A stretch of 64,000 nucleotides of DNA from Thermoplasmatota archaeon. Its GTDB lineage: Archaea; Thermoplasmatota; JAKEGO01. The position numbers and the translations under genes were made by a program. Each line of letters opens with the position of its first letter. The stretch's first letter is position 1. The stretch lies in NCBI GenBank assembly GCA_028279595.1, contig JANQNK010000001.1, forward strand, positions 64,001 through 128,000. Direction: 5' to 3'. This document shows, piece by piece, positions 1-10,022 of this stretch. The notes beneath the pieces were generated by a model. It had not been told where the DNA came from, did no database searches, and saw only the letters and a program-made list of their open reading frames with translations.

Positions 1-1
1 C

Positions 2-1153
2 GCCAATTCGATGGCCACCGCAGTGGGTGCCAAGGCCATAACGCTCAAGCAGGCTGTGATAATCGCGGGTGTTCTCAATGTAGCGGGGGCCGTCCTTGTA
101 GGTAAACACGTCACCGGTACTGTCAGCAAGGGCGTCGTCGATCCATCGGCCGTAGGCGACGTCCATACCCTGATGCTCGGGATGCTCGCTACGCTGCTTG
201 CTTCAGGCATATGGGTCACATTGGCGACATGGAAGAGCATGCCAGTGTCGACAACTCACTCGATAATCGGCGCTCTGGTAGGGTTCGGACTTGTCTCCTC
301 GGGGCCTGGAGCGATCGACTGGAATCTCCTGACCCAGGTCGTAGCCAGCTGGGTCATCTCACCTGTCATGGGCGGGCTGATCTCGTTCGTCCTCTTTCAC
401 ATAATAATTAAAACTATCTTCAACGCGAAGGACCCGCTCAGGGCCGCATACTTCATGTCGCCGTTCCTGATCGGATCGACGTTCTTCATCATCTCCGCCG
501 CCCTCCTTCTCAAGACCGAGGCCGGCGAGTACTTCGTCGGCGGCGACATCGACCAGGCGCTCATCGCCTCCGCCATGGTTGCAGCGATCGCTGGACTGAC
601 CGGGTTCGCGATAATGAGGAAGGTCTTCAAACGGGTCAAGGGTTACACCGGCGTGGAGATGTTCTTCAGACGCCTGCAGATCCTGACCTCCTGCTATGTG
701 GCCTTCTCCCACGGCGCCAACGACGTGGCCAATGCCATCGGTCCGTTGGCCACGATATTCGAGGTGAACGGACGGGAGACGATCCCATCTGAGGTGTCCG
801 TTCCGATGTACCTCCTCTTCCTCGGAGGTATCGGGATAATGGTGGGGATAATGACCTGGGGATACCGGGTCATAAAGACTGTAGCTTTCAAGATCACGGA
901 CCTGACGAACACACGGGGCTTCTCCGTGGACTTCGGCGTCGCGACGACGGTGCTGATGGCTTCGAAGATGGGTCTTCCGGTGTCTACCACACATACCGCA
1001 ATCGGGGCGGTCGTCGGTGTGGGATTGGCCGGAGGCCTGGCCGGTGTTGACCTGAGGGTGTTGCGAAAGATAGTCGTGTCATGGGTGATTACCCTGCCAG
1101 TGGCCGCTGGGGCGTCTGCTGGAATATTTCTAGGGCTGTGTGCGATACTATGA
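2..1153 (+). CDS. Inorganic phosphate transporter, PiT family (5'-truncated by window)
   Basis: Frame is open from the window edge (ANSMAT, the end of the first GANDxAN motif). Second signature FSHGANDVANAIG, PVSTTH motifs, multiple TM helices. Confidence 0.95.
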   Translation, partial: ANSMATAVGAKAITLKQAVIIAGVLNVAGAVLVGKHVTGTVSKGVVDPSAVGDVHTLMLGMLATLLASGIWVTLATWKSMPVSTTHSIIGALVGFGLVSSGPGAIDWNLLTQVVASWVISPVMGGLISFVLFHIIIKTIFNAKDPLRAAYFMSPFLIGSTFFIISAALLLKTEAGEYFVGGDIDQALIASAMVAAIAGLTGFAIMRKVFKRVKGYTGVEMFFRRLQILTSCYVAFSHGANDVANAIGPLATIFEVNGRETIPSEVSVPMYLLFLGGIGIMVGIMTWGYRVIKTVAFKITDLTNTRGFSVDFGVATTVLMASKMGLPVSTTHTAIGAVVGVGLAGGLAGVDLRVLRKIVVSWVITLPVAAGASAGIFLGLCAIL

Positions 1154-1875
1154 CAGCAAAGTTAAAGAAAGGCGAAGGCAAAGGAGAGGGCGAGATGAAG
1201 GAACGGATGAGGGCCCCGATAGGGCAGATATACAGGAGATCGCCCTTCAACGGTCTGCTCGAACACGCGGCGAAGATAAAGGAATGCCTCCAGGAGATGA
1301 ACAGAGGCATCCACGCCTACGTCGACGGCGACTTCGAGACCGCCGAGGAGCACTTCGCGAACGTCAGCAAGCTCGAGAGCCAGGCCGACAAGATCAAGGC
1401 GAACACACGGAACCACCTCCCCCGCTTCATCTTCATGCCCGTGGACCGCGGCGATTTCATCAATCTTCTCCGCGAGGACGACGCTGTACTTGACAAGGCC
1501 GAGGACGTGGCCGTCCTGATGAGGATGCGCCGCACCGAGATCCCCGAACCCATGAGGGACGAGTTCAAGGGCCTGGCGGACATGATCGTCGAGACGGGGG
1601 AGACCATGGAGAAGGTCGTGGGGCAGATGGCCAACCTCCTCGAGACCTCCTTCAGCGAGCGCGAGCGCGAGAAGACGAAGGTGCTGATCCACAAGGTCCA
1701 CGAGAACGAGTACAAGTGCGACAGGTACCAGGAAACGTTGACCCGACACATCCTTAACACCGAGATGGACCCGGTAGGCGTGTACCATCTGATGAAGGTC
1801 GTGGAGAGGATGGGCGAGATCGCCGACAAGGCAGAGAATGCTGCCGACCGCGTCCGGGTCATGATGGGCAAGTGA
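1150..1875 (+). CDS. DUF47/TIGR00153 family phosphate transport regulator (PhoU-like helical bundle)
   Basis: ATGA overlap with the PiT stop. LESQAD..K, PVDRGD and IADKAENAAD motifs. Standard PiT partner. Confidence 0.9.
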   Translation: MTAKLKKGEGKGEGEMKERMRAPIGQIYRRSPFNGLLEHAAKIKECLQEMNRGIHAYVDGDFETAEEHFANVSKLESQADKIKANTRNHLPRFIFMPVDRGDFINLLREDDAVLDKAEDVAVLMRMRRTEIPEPMRDEFKGLADMIVETGETMEKVVGQMANLLETSFSEREREKTKVLIHKVHENEYKCDRYQETLTRHILNTEMDPVGVYHLMKVVERMGEIADKAENAADRVRVMMGK

Positions 1876-1876
1876 T

Positions 1877-1945
1877 CAATCCAAATCAATATCCCCGATG
1901 CATATTCTATATAGGTCTATATATTTCACTATAATACCTATTGAG
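1877..1945 (+). promoter_or_regulatory. AT-rich promoter region with roughly 10-bp-periodic CTAT(ATA) repeats upstream of the Na/Pi-PhoU genes
   Basis: CTATATA at 1907 and 1917, CTATAAT at 1929, CTATTGA at 1938. Confidence 0.4.
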
Positions 1946-1984
1946 GAATTTAATATACGATAAGTGAAATGAACGGACGAACAC

Positions 1985-3184
1985 ATGAAAAGAGCGAAGA
2001 GGGTGACCGGGGGAAAGCGACCCGCTCGTTCAAAGGTTAAACGAAGGCAGCTGCCCGGACCCCTGGTGAAGTTCAACGAGATGATCCCGAGGAACAACAG
2101 GCTGTTCCGGGCCATCGTCCTCTTCGTCGCCGTCTACTTCTTCATCGTCAGCATCCAGACCATGAGCGCCGGCTTCAAGAGCAACAAGGACATCTCCGAG
2201 GGGCTCATCGAGAGCACTACGAATCCCCTCGTCGCACTGTTCATAGGGATCCTGGCAACCAGCCTTATCCAGAGCTCTTCCGCGACCACATCGATCGTCG
2301 TCGCGATGGTCGCGGCCGATCCCTCGTTCATGCCCAACGCGATCCCGATCGTGATGGGGGCCAACATCGGCACATCTGTCACCAATACCCTAGTGTCATT
2401 GGGCCATATGGGCCGGAAGATGGAACTCGAACGCGCATTCTCAGCTGCGGTCGTCCACGACATCTTCAATCTCATGGCGGTGTCCATCCTATTCCCTATC
2501 GAGATGATCACCAAGTTCGCAACGGGAACCGGACTCCTCGAGGGGATCGCCTCAAGGGCGGCAGGCGGCATGGGCGGCTCGGGCGGATTCGAGTATCTCA
2601 GCCCGCTCGAGAACTCCACGAAGCCCGTGGCCGAGGACATCCTTCTGTGGAGCGGACCTCATACTTGGCTCGCGATAGTGATAGGCCTAGCCATCCTGTT
2701 CCTGTCATTGAAGGTACTCGTTGACACGCTCAAATGGCTTGCAGAGACGAAGGCCCAGAAGGTCCTAGAGAAGTACCTTTTCGGAAAGGCCTACATGGCC
2801 TTTGGCTTCGGTATAGGTCTCACGGCTCTGGTCCAGAGCAGTTCAATAACAACATCGTTCGCGGTCCCGTTGGTCGGAGGCGGACTCCTCACGGTGGAAC
2901 AGATCTTCGCCTTTACCCTGGGAGCGAACATCGGCACGACCGTTACCGCCATGCTCGCTGCCATGGCGACCGCGGAGGAAGCGGCCGTTACGATCGCCAT
3001 CGTCCACCTGCTGTTCAACCTCATGGGCGTCGCGATACTGTATCCCTTCAAACGGATCCCGATCGGTTTTGCCCACCGTGTCGGGGAATACATCTCGGAC
3101 CGCCCGAGGTTCGCCATCATCTATATAGTGATTCTTTTCTATATCATACCGGGACTCGTGATCCTGGTGTCGAGGCTGTGGTAA
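1985..3184 (+). CDS. Na+/phosphate cotransporter (NptA/SLC34 family)
   Basis: Two QSSS and two GANIGT repeats. Start could be 2081. Confidence 0.92.
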   Translation: MKRAKRVTGGKRPARSKVKRRQLPGPLVKFNEMIPRNNRLFRAIVLFVAVYFFIVSIQTMSAGFKSNKDISEGLIESTTNPLVALFIGILATSLIQSSSATTSIVVAMVAADPSFMPNAIPIVMGANIGTSVTNTLVSLGHMGRKMELERAFSAAVVHDIFNLMAVSILFPIEMITKFATGTGLLEGIASRAAGGMGGSGGFEYLSPLENSTKPVAEDILLWSGPHTWLAIVIGLAILFLSLKVLVDTLKWLAETKAQKVLEKYLFGKAYMAFGFGIGLTALVQSSSITTSFAVPLVGGGLLTVEQIFAFTLGANIGTTVTAMLAAMATAEEAAVTIAIVHLLFNLMGVAILYPFKRIPIGFAHRVGEYISDRPRFAIIYIVILFYIIPGLVILVSRLW

Positions 3185-3185
3185 C

Positions 3186-3863
3186 ATGTCGTTCAAAAGA
3201 GTATATGACGCACTGACGAAGGGTCCGCTGCTCGAGGAGGCATTCGGTCGACTCGAGGATATGCACGACCTGGCCAGATCGAACTTCGAGGCCTCCTTCG
3301 ATTGCCTCTTCGGCGGCGAGGAGAAGGTCTGCGCTCGCGAGATCGCGGCAGAGGACAAGCGTATCAACGAGATGGAGATCCAGATCCGTAAGGAGGTCTT
3401 CGAATACCTCGCGATATCCTCCGCGCCGAACGTGAACGCTTCTCTGATCCTGATCAGTACGGTCATCGATTACGAGAGGATCGGCGACATCTGCAAGAAC
3501 ATCGCCCAGCTCGGCCTCCAGTTCCCCGAAGAGCTGGATGGGGACGAGTACATGGAGGACATAAACCGGATGAAGGATGGCATCCTGAAGCAGTTCGACC
3601 TGGTGAAGGGTGCTGTCATCGACGGCGATTTCGGCAAAGCAAAGGCCGCGATAGCGATCCACGACGAGATCAAGGACATCCACAACCATCTCGTGGGGCA
3701 GATCAACACCGATCCCAACCTGACGGTCAAACAGGGGATCACCTACGCTCTCCTCGGATACTACATCAGAAGGATCAACGCTCACCTCGGGAACATCGGT
3801 TCTACAGCAATACGTTCGTTCCCGAAGATCGGTTTCACGAAGAAAGGCGAGGACCTGGACTGA
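3186..3863 (+). CDS. phoU: PhoU domain-containing protein
   Basis: D..INEME and DYERIGDICKNIA motifs. Follows the Na/Pi transporter after a 1-nt gap. Confidence 0.85.
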   Translation: MSFKRVYDALTKGPLLEEAFGRLEDMHDLARSNFEASFDCLFGGEEKVCAREIAAEDKRINEMEIQIRKEVFEYLAISSAPNVNASLILISTVIDYERIGDICKNIAQLGLQFPEELDGDEYMEDINRMKDGILKQFDLVKGAVIDGDFGKAKAAIAIHDEIKDIHNHLVGQINTDPNLTVKQGITYALLGYYIRRINAHLGNIGSTAIRSFPKIGFTKKGEDLD

Positions 3864-5294
3864 TCAATCCTGTTGTGCCAGGTCCCAGGTCAACCACATG
3901 TTCTTGGCAGCGAAGACCTCGTCGACGCGAGCTTCAACTTCGGTCGGCGCGCACTTGAGTCCCTCCGGGTCCTCGGAGACGATACAAGTCAGTGCATCGG
4001 CGAACGCGTCCAGGGTGGCCTTGTCCTCGGTCTCGGTGGGCTCGATCATCATCGCTTCCTCGACTATGTGCGGGAAGTAGATCGTCGGTGCATGGAATCC
4101 CATATCACCGAGGCGTTTTGCGACATCCAGGGTCTTGACACCCTTCTCCTTCAAAGGCTCTCCGCTCAGGACGAACTCATGCTTCCTCAGCTTCCCATAG
4201 GGCATCGGAAGGACGCCGTTCAGCCTGGCGACGAGATAGTTGGCGTTCAGGACGGCCATCTCGCTGACCTCCTGAAGTGAGGAGCCGTGGCTCTTGATGA
4301 AAGCGTATGCGCGTACGAGGACGAGGAAGTTGCCGTAGAACGACTGGACCTTTCCGATGGATGCCGGAACATCATCGGACAGGACGAACATGTCGTTCTC
4401 CCTCGTTATCCTCGGGACAGGCAGGAACGGTTCAAGCCGTTCGACAACGCCGACCGGCCCCGATCCCGGACCTCCGCCGCCGTGGGGTGTGCCGAACGTC
4501 TTGTGTAGGTTGAAGTGGACGACGTCGAAGCCCATGGCCCCGGGCTTCGTGATGCCCATTATCGCGTTCAGGTTGGCTCCGTCGTAGTAGAGGAGTGCCC
4601 CGGACTCATGTACCGCTTTCGCGATCTCGGTGACACGTCCCTCGAATATCCCTAGGGTGTTCGGATTGGTGAGCATGAGTGCCGCCGTCCGGTCCGAGAG
4701 GGCTTCCTTCAGTGCATCCAGGTCCACGGTGCCGTCGTCGGCCGAGGGGACCTCGATGACGTCATAGCCAGCCATCGCCGCCGTGGCAGGGTTCGTTCCA
4801 TGGGCGGTGTCCGGGACGATCACCTGGTCCCTGGATTCGCCGTTCGCCTCGTGATAGGCCTTGATGAGAAGGAGCCCTGTATACTCGCCCTGGGCACCTG
4901 CTGCAGGTTGGAGCGTGACTGCCTTCATTCCGCCTATTTCCGCGAGCATGCGCTCGAGCTCGTACATTAGCCCGAGCGCGCCCTGGACCGTCGAGAACGG
5001 TTGTTCGGGATGTATACTGGCGAAACCCGGAAGGGTCGCGGCCCACACCGAACTCCGGGGATTGTGTTTCATGGTGCACGAGCCCAGCGGATAGAAGCCG
5101 GACTCGACGCAGTGGTTCATCTGGCTGAGCCTGACGTAATGGCGCATCACCTCGGCCTCGGTGAGGTCGGGAAGGTCGACCGTACCCTTCAATCCGTCAG
5201 GTATGTGCCCTGTCGCAGACCGAACATGGCTCTCACCGCCTATCTCGAAGACCGTGCCCTCGTCGTACCGGGCCATCCTGTACTGGCCGGTCAT
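3864..5294 (-). CDS. gcvPB: Glycine dehydrogenase (decarboxylating) subunit 2
   Basis: [15 protein letters not shown] and [16 protein letters not shown] (PLP lysine) motifs. Confidence 0.97.
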   Translation of the reverse strand: MTGQYRMARYDEGTVFEIGGESHVRSATGHIPDGLKGTVDLPDLTEAEVMRHYVRLSQMNHCVESGFYPLGSCTMKHNPRSSVWAATLPGFASIHPEQPFSTVQGALGLMYELERMLAEIGGMKAVTLQPAAGAQGEYTGLLLIKAYHEANGESRDQVIVPDTAHGTNPATAAMAGYDVIEVPSADDGTVDLDALKEALSDRTAALMLTNPNTLGIFEGRVTEIAKAVHESGALLYYDGANLNAIMGITKPGAMGFDVVHFNLHKTFGTPHGGGGPGSGPVGVVERLEPFLPVPRITRENDMFVLSDDVPASIGKVQSFYGNFLVLVRAYAFIKSHGSSLQEVSEMAVLNANYLVARLNGVLPMPYGKLRKHEFVLSGEPLKEKGVKTLDVAKRLGDMGFHAPTIYFPHIVEEAMMIEPTETEDKATLDAFADALTCIVSEDPEGLKCAPTEVEARVDEVFAAKNMWLTWDLAQQD

Positions 5295-6583
5295 ACGAGC
5301 ACCTCCTTCAGGGCGGCACCGAACCTCTCTATATCGGCCGCCGTGTGCTTTTCAGTGGTCGCTACCAGGATGTGGTCCGCAAGCCCCGATCCGTCAAGGT
5401 CGATCCCTGGAAGGACACCTCTGTTCAGCATCTCGGCGCTGAACTCATCGAAAGGCATTGGAAGTCTGACCGTGAATTCGTTAAAATGATGGCCGTCGAA
5501 GGCTGGTTCGATCCCGACAGCCTTGAACTGCTCCTCCAGGAGCGCCCTGTTGTCGAGGCACCTCTCGGCGATGTCCACCAGCCCCGGTCCGACGACGCTC
5601 AGGTACGCGGTCCCCATGACGGCGCAGAGGCCGTGGTTCGTGCAGATGTTCGATGTCGCCCGGTGGCGTCGGATATGCTGCTCCCTCGTCTGGAGGGTCA
5701 TCGTGAAGGCCCGGTTCCCGTCGGAGTTCTGGGTCATGGCTATCAGCCGCCCGGGCATCTGCCTGACATGCTTCTTCGTCGAAGCCATGACACCCAGGAG
5801 AGGGCCGCCGAACCCCATCGGGATCCCGAGGGGCTGGCCCTCTGCGACGACGATATCGGCGCCGTACCCTCCCGGAGCCTTCAGCACTCCGAGGGATATC
5901 GGGTTCACGCCCACGATGAGGACGTCGACCTTCTCGCGAATTGCGTCCAGTTTATCCTCGATGACCCCGAAATAGTTGGGTGTCTCGACGTACATGATCC
6001 CGCCTTCGGGAACACCGTCCAGATCGAGAGTACCCATCGTCCGGTCGTACGGGACCTTTTCAATGGAGATACCTGCTGTGTCCGAGTAATTGTGAAGTAC
6101 TGACACCTTCCAAGGCGCGATCGCCTCTGGTATATGAACGACGTCGCCCCTCGAGATCCTCGCGGCCATCCGCACGGCCTCGCCCAGGGCCGTGGCGCCG
6201 TCGTACATGGAAGCGTTCACGACGTCCATCTTCAGCAGCCTGGCCAGGAGGCTCTGGTACTCGAATATGGCCTGGAGCATCCCCTGGCTCATCTCGGGCT
6301 GGTACGGTGTGTATGCTGAGAGGAACTCCGCCCTCGACGCGATCTCCATGACCGCAGGCGGGATGTGGTGGTCGTAGACGCCGCCTCCGAGGAACGAAAG
6401 GAGCGGCCCGACCGGCGTGTTCAGCGATGCCAGGTCCTCGAGATGTCTGTGGAGGTCCACCTCGGCCATCGGGCCGGGAAGGTCCAATCCGGCCCTGACG
6501 TCCTCCGGGACGTCCGAGAAGAGCTCCGATATGTCGGATACGCCGACCGCCTCGAGCATGGCCCTGACATCTTCCTGCGTCAT
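5291..6583 (-). CDS. gcvPA: Glycine dehydrogenase (decarboxylating) subunit 1
   Basis: [19 protein letters not shown] and [16 protein letters not shown] motifs. Start set at ATG 6583, 4 nt after an AGGTGA SD. Confidence 0.96.
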   Translation of the reverse strand: MTQEDVRAMLEAVGVSDISELFSDVPEDVRAGLDLPGPMAEVDLHRHLEDLASLNTPVGPLLSFLGGGVYDHHIPPAVMEIASRAEFLSAYTPYQPEMSQGMLQAIFEYQSLLARLLKMDVVNASMYDGATALGEAVRMAARISRGDVVHIPEAIAPWKVSVLHNYSDTAGISIEKVPYDRTMGTLDLDGVPEGGIMYVETPNYFGVIEDKLDAIREKVDVLIVGVNPISLGVLKAPGGYGADIVVAEGQPLGIPMGFGGPLLGVMASTKKHVRQMPGRLIAMTQNSDGNRAFTMTLQTREQHIRRHRATSNICTNHGLCAVMGTAYLSVVGPGLVDIAERCLDNRALLEEQFKAVGIEPAFDGHHFNEFTVRLPMPFDEFSAEMLNRGVLPGIDLDGSGLADHILVATTEKHTAADIERFGAALKEVLV

Positions 6584-6632
6584 CGCGTCACCTATGTGTT
6601 GGTAGATGAGGATTTCACGGAAAAGGTTTGCC

Positions 6633-7211
6633 CTAGTCCTCGAGCATCTCGAGGACGACCTCCTCGGCCTTCCCGAGGACGGTCTCGATGGGCTTCCCCG
6701 CATCTATGGACACTGTGTTCCGTGGCAGGATCTCGTCGAAGACGGCCTTAACCTTGCGGAGGAACTCGGTGTCCTCGAACCTGTCGTGGTTCTTTAGGCG
6801 CGAGACTCCTATGTCCGGCGGGACCTCGAGGTGGATGACCGCGTCGGCGTCCGGCGCGAAACCGTTTATGAACCTCAGGAAGGCCATGTCCACGCCCTCC
6901 GCCCCCTGGTATGCCAGGGACGAGTAGAGGTAGCGGTCGGTGACGACCCACTTGCCCTGCTCAAGAGCCGGCATCACGACGTTCTGGACATGTCCGTGCC
7001 TGTCGGCAGCGAACAGCAGGGCTCTCTGATATGGAGTCAGTTCGAGCTTCCCGAGGCTCTTGCGGATGACGTCTCCGATGGGACCCTTCGTCGGTTCCTG
7101 GGTGAGTACGACCTCGATCCCGCGGTCTACCAAGAAATCGTGTATGTACTTTGCGACGGTCGTCTTCCCCGATCCGTCTATTCCCTCAATCGCCAGGAAC
7201 GCTCCCGTCAT
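6633..7211 (-). CDS. tmk: Thymidylate kinase
   Basis: EGIDGSGKTT P-loop, LLFAADR, DRYLYSSLAYQ. Confidence 0.96.
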   Translation of the reverse strand: MTGAFLAIEGIDGSGKTTVAKYIHDFLVDRGIEVVLTQEPTKGPIGDVIRKSLGKLELTPYQRALLFAADRHGHVQNVVMPALEQGKWVVTDRYLYSSLAYQGAEGVDMAFLRFINGFAPDADAVIHLEVPPDIGVSRLKNHDRFEDTEFLRKVKAVFDEILPRNTVSIDAGKPIETVLGKAEEVVLEMLED

Positions 7212-7872
7212 CGCTCTCCCCCTCCCTGTCGATCATCGACATGAACTTCGACGGGACCTCGTCCGTCAGGTAGACCACCGTCCCGGCCTGGCAGATGACG
7301 ATCTCGTCCTCCATGGCCGATCTCGCGTCGATCTCGATGATTATCGGCGATCCTTCCCTGTGGCGTCCGGCCTCCATCGCCTGCTCGTACGTCTTGCTGA
7401 GGTGGACGAACTTCCTGTCCGTCGGCTTCAGGCCGGTCTCGAACAGCAGTTCGACCTCCTCCGCCGTGGTCGGATAGAAAAGGGAGTCCGGCACGGTATC
7501 GGTCGGGTGGTCAAGCTCGAGATCGATGGTGTGCCCGTAGGTCGCCCTGATCTCGTTCCCGTCGATCTGGTAGCGCCCCTTCGGGTCGGTCTCGACTATC
7601 GCCCTCAGGTGATGCGGCTTGAGCCAGTGAAGCGTTATCCTGTGGTCCCGGACCGACTCGACGAGCTCGTCGATGTTCGCCCATCCGTTCTCGCTGAGCT
7701 CGATGTCGAACTTCTCCGGGAAATGACGGAGAACGCCGGCCATTATCCTTCCGAGATGCCCGAGCTCCTCCCCGGACATGAGGTATCGCCCGTCGCTGCC
7801 GCACGCTGTGCAGGTCTTTCCGCGGAAATAACCGTGCTCCTCGCATCTACGCAATGCTGGTTCCTCTGTCAT
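7186..7872 (-). CDS. kptA: RNA 2'-phosphotransferase (Tpt1/KptA) with N-terminal Zn ribbon
   Basis: LRH, K.RY, IRATYGHT and VHLS motifs. N-terminal C..HG...C..C. Confidence 0.93.
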   Translation of the reverse strand: MTEEPALRRCEEHGYFRGKTCTACGSDGRYLMSGEELGHLGRIMAGVLRHFPEKFDIELSENGWANIDELVESVRDHRITLHWLKPHHLRAIVETDPKGRYQIDGNEIRATYGHTIDLELDHPTDTVPDSLFYPTTAEEVELLFETGLKPTDRKFVHLSKTYEQAMEAGRHREGSPIIIEIDARSAMEDEIVICQAGTVVYLTDEVPSKFMSMIDREGESDDGSVPGD

Positions 7873-7964
7873 ACGATTCCATTCATCCTCTGCATGGTAT
7901 AAAAAGATGGTCCTTTTCGGTACCAGAACGTCCCCTTTTTAATCGATAACGCATATCGTCGTCC

Positions 7965-8288
7965 ATGCCCCAACGCCGGGGAAGGCGCGGGCGCAGGACC
8001 AAGGAGACAGTCGATCTCGTCAAGCGGCGGATAAGGCGTCTCTTCGACCTCGCCGACGCTGAGGCCAAGGCAGGCAACGCCGGGCTCGCCGACAGGTACA
8101 TGGCGATGGCGAGGAAGCTGAGCACGAGGTACAACGTCCGGATCCCGCGTAGCATGAAGAGGCGGATGTGTCCCGATTGCCAGGCCTACCTGATGATCGG
8201 GGATGCGGCAACCTACAGGGTCCGAAGGGGGCGGGTCATCGTGCACTGCCAGAGGTGCGGGGCGACCATCAGACGGCCCTACAAGTGA
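7965..8288 (+). CDS. rnp4: Ribonuclease P protein component 4 (Rpp21)
   Basis: Basic protein with RI..LF, RY..AR, KRRMCPDC and C..CG...R.PY. Confidence 0.93.
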   Translation: MPQRRGRRGRRTKETVDLVKRRIRRLFDLADAEAKAGNAGLADRYMAMARKLSTRYNVRIPRSMKRRMCPDCQAYLMIGDAATYRVRRGRVIVHCQRCGATIRRPYK

Positions 8289-8349
8289 TTGTCAAGAGTC
8301 TTCAGAAATCTATTAGTGTGAGTAACTGCCCTCACGTATTGGGGGTATT

Positions 8350-9936
8350 ATGTTTATCCGTATGAGGGTCCTGGGCATCGGGCTGCTGCTCGCGATATCT
8401 GTTCTCACGTTATTTACCGGCGCTTCGGAAGCGACCGTCGATGTCGGATATATCGATGTCATCGGAGGAGCACAGATCATCGATCAGGACGAGATCGCCG
8501 AGTACGACGTCTCGATGGATGTCGAGGTGACGAACGGTTCAGCAGATGTTTCCGCGACGATATCGGAGGCCACCGACGGCTGGACCGCATGGGTCGACGA
8601 AGGCGGGAACGAGATCACATGGACAGGTGTTAACGAATCCGGATACCTCAACTTCACCCTTTACGTACAGCCTCCCGAAAGGGCAGGCTCGGAAGCGCTC
8701 GTCCTCGACATATGGGCGAACTCGACGGATGGAAAGGACGAGGCGACATCGCTGTCGACGTTCGTCAATGGCCATTCGATAGAGGTGACCTTTCCGGCAG
8801 ACTCGATCAAGGTCAGTCCCGAGGAGGGAGAAAATATCGAGACGGTCCAGTTCGAGGTAGAGAACACCGGCGATTCTCCCGACGACATCAAGGTGACCGT
8901 GGATCAGGACCCCGGTCCAAACCCGGGCAATCTCGATTGGGTCGATATCTCCTACGAAGAGCTCACCGGTCTCGGTCCGGACCATACGATCCAGGACATG
9001 AAGACAGATGTCATCGAGCTCGTGCATGTCGAGTTCGACGTCGGAAGTGTTCCGATCGATGCAGCCACTGGAAATTACACCTACATGATAACTTTCGACT
9101 GCGTCCCCGGCAATCCCGAGGATCCAGGGATAATCTTCACCCATTACCTTACGCTCGTGGTCGACAGGGTCGCCGGAATGTACGTCGAGTTAAACGAGAC
9201 CCAGGCAGAGATCGACGTCGGCGCGCATATCACCGATGACCACGCCCTCGTGGACATCATGGTCCAGAACTCGGGCAACTTCAACGACACGTTCAAGGTA
9301 CAGACGTTCGCGACCTCCGCCGATGTCGACATCTCCTTCGACGACAGGGGTGACCCCGCCGAATTCGCCATGCGATCGGGACTGACGCGGACCATTCAAA
9401 TGAAGATTACCGTGGACCCGAGGACCCGGGGGGGAATCGAGGAGTTCGTCATCAGGATATCCTCTGCCGAGGGCGGGTTCGTCAACGAGACCGATTTCAA
9501 TCTTACAGTGCTGGGACCGGACATCCGGTTCACGAAACATGACATTCAAATGGTAAATCCTGAACCGGGAACAGGGGAGGACAAGGTGTTTCGAGTCCGC
9601 GTATGGAACAATGGAACCTCGCCCGCCACGGACCTCAAGATCAGCTACTACCAGGGAGGCATCCTGAAAGGGAACTACACCATCGACTTCCTCAGGAACG
9701 GCAGGTACGAGGACGTCATCTTCGATTGGGACGGCAAGGACAGGTCCCGGTGCAGGTTCCAGACCGAGGGTGCAATGCCCGAGGAGCTCAATATCAGGTT
9801 TGATTTCGTACGTGCTCCGGAAGAAGAGATCAAGAGAGACCAGCTGGGTGCCTTACTCCAGATCGCAGCCGTCGGCATCATCGCTGGCGTCGTGGTGATG
9901 CTGTACTACCACCACTACCTGAGCTGGAGGTTCTGA
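8350..9936 (+). CDS. Secreted, C-terminally anchored acidic multi-Ig-domain surface protein (CARDB-like), paralog 1
   Basis: Signal peptide, VENTG/VQNSGN/VWNNG repeats, many N-x-S/T sequons, C-terminal TM. Confidence 0.75.
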   Translation: MFIRMRVLGIGLLLAISVLTLFTGASEATVDVGYIDVIGGAQIIDQDEIAEYDVSMDVEVTNGSADVSATISEATDGWTAWVDEGGNEITWTGVNESGYLNFTLYVQPPERAGSEALVLDIWANSTDGKDEATSLSTFVNGHSIEVTFPADSIKVSPEEGENIETVQFEVENTGDSPDDIKVTVDQDPGPNPGNLDWVDISYEELTGLGPDHTIQDMKTDVIELVHVEFDVGSVPIDAATGNYTYMITFDCVPGNPEDPGIIFTHYLTLVVDRVAGMYVELNETQAEIDVGAHITDDHALVDIMVQNSGNFNDTFKVQTFATSADVDISFDDRGDPAEFAMRSGLTRTIQMKITVDPRTRGGIEEFVIRISSAEGGFVNETDFNLTVLGPDIRFTKHDIQMVNPEPGTGEDKVFRVRVWNNGTSPATDLKISYYQGGILKGNYTIDFLRNGRYEDVIFDWDGKDRSRCRFQTEGAMPEELNIRFDFVRAPEEEIKRDQLGALLQIAAVGIIAGVVVMLYYHHYLSWRF

Positions 9937-10022
9937 GTCCTCTGGATGCAATTTATCACGATTGTCAAGCGGTTTCAGTAAGCTATTAAAGGCATGAGAA
10001 TTCCTATTTTCTAGGGATCAGT

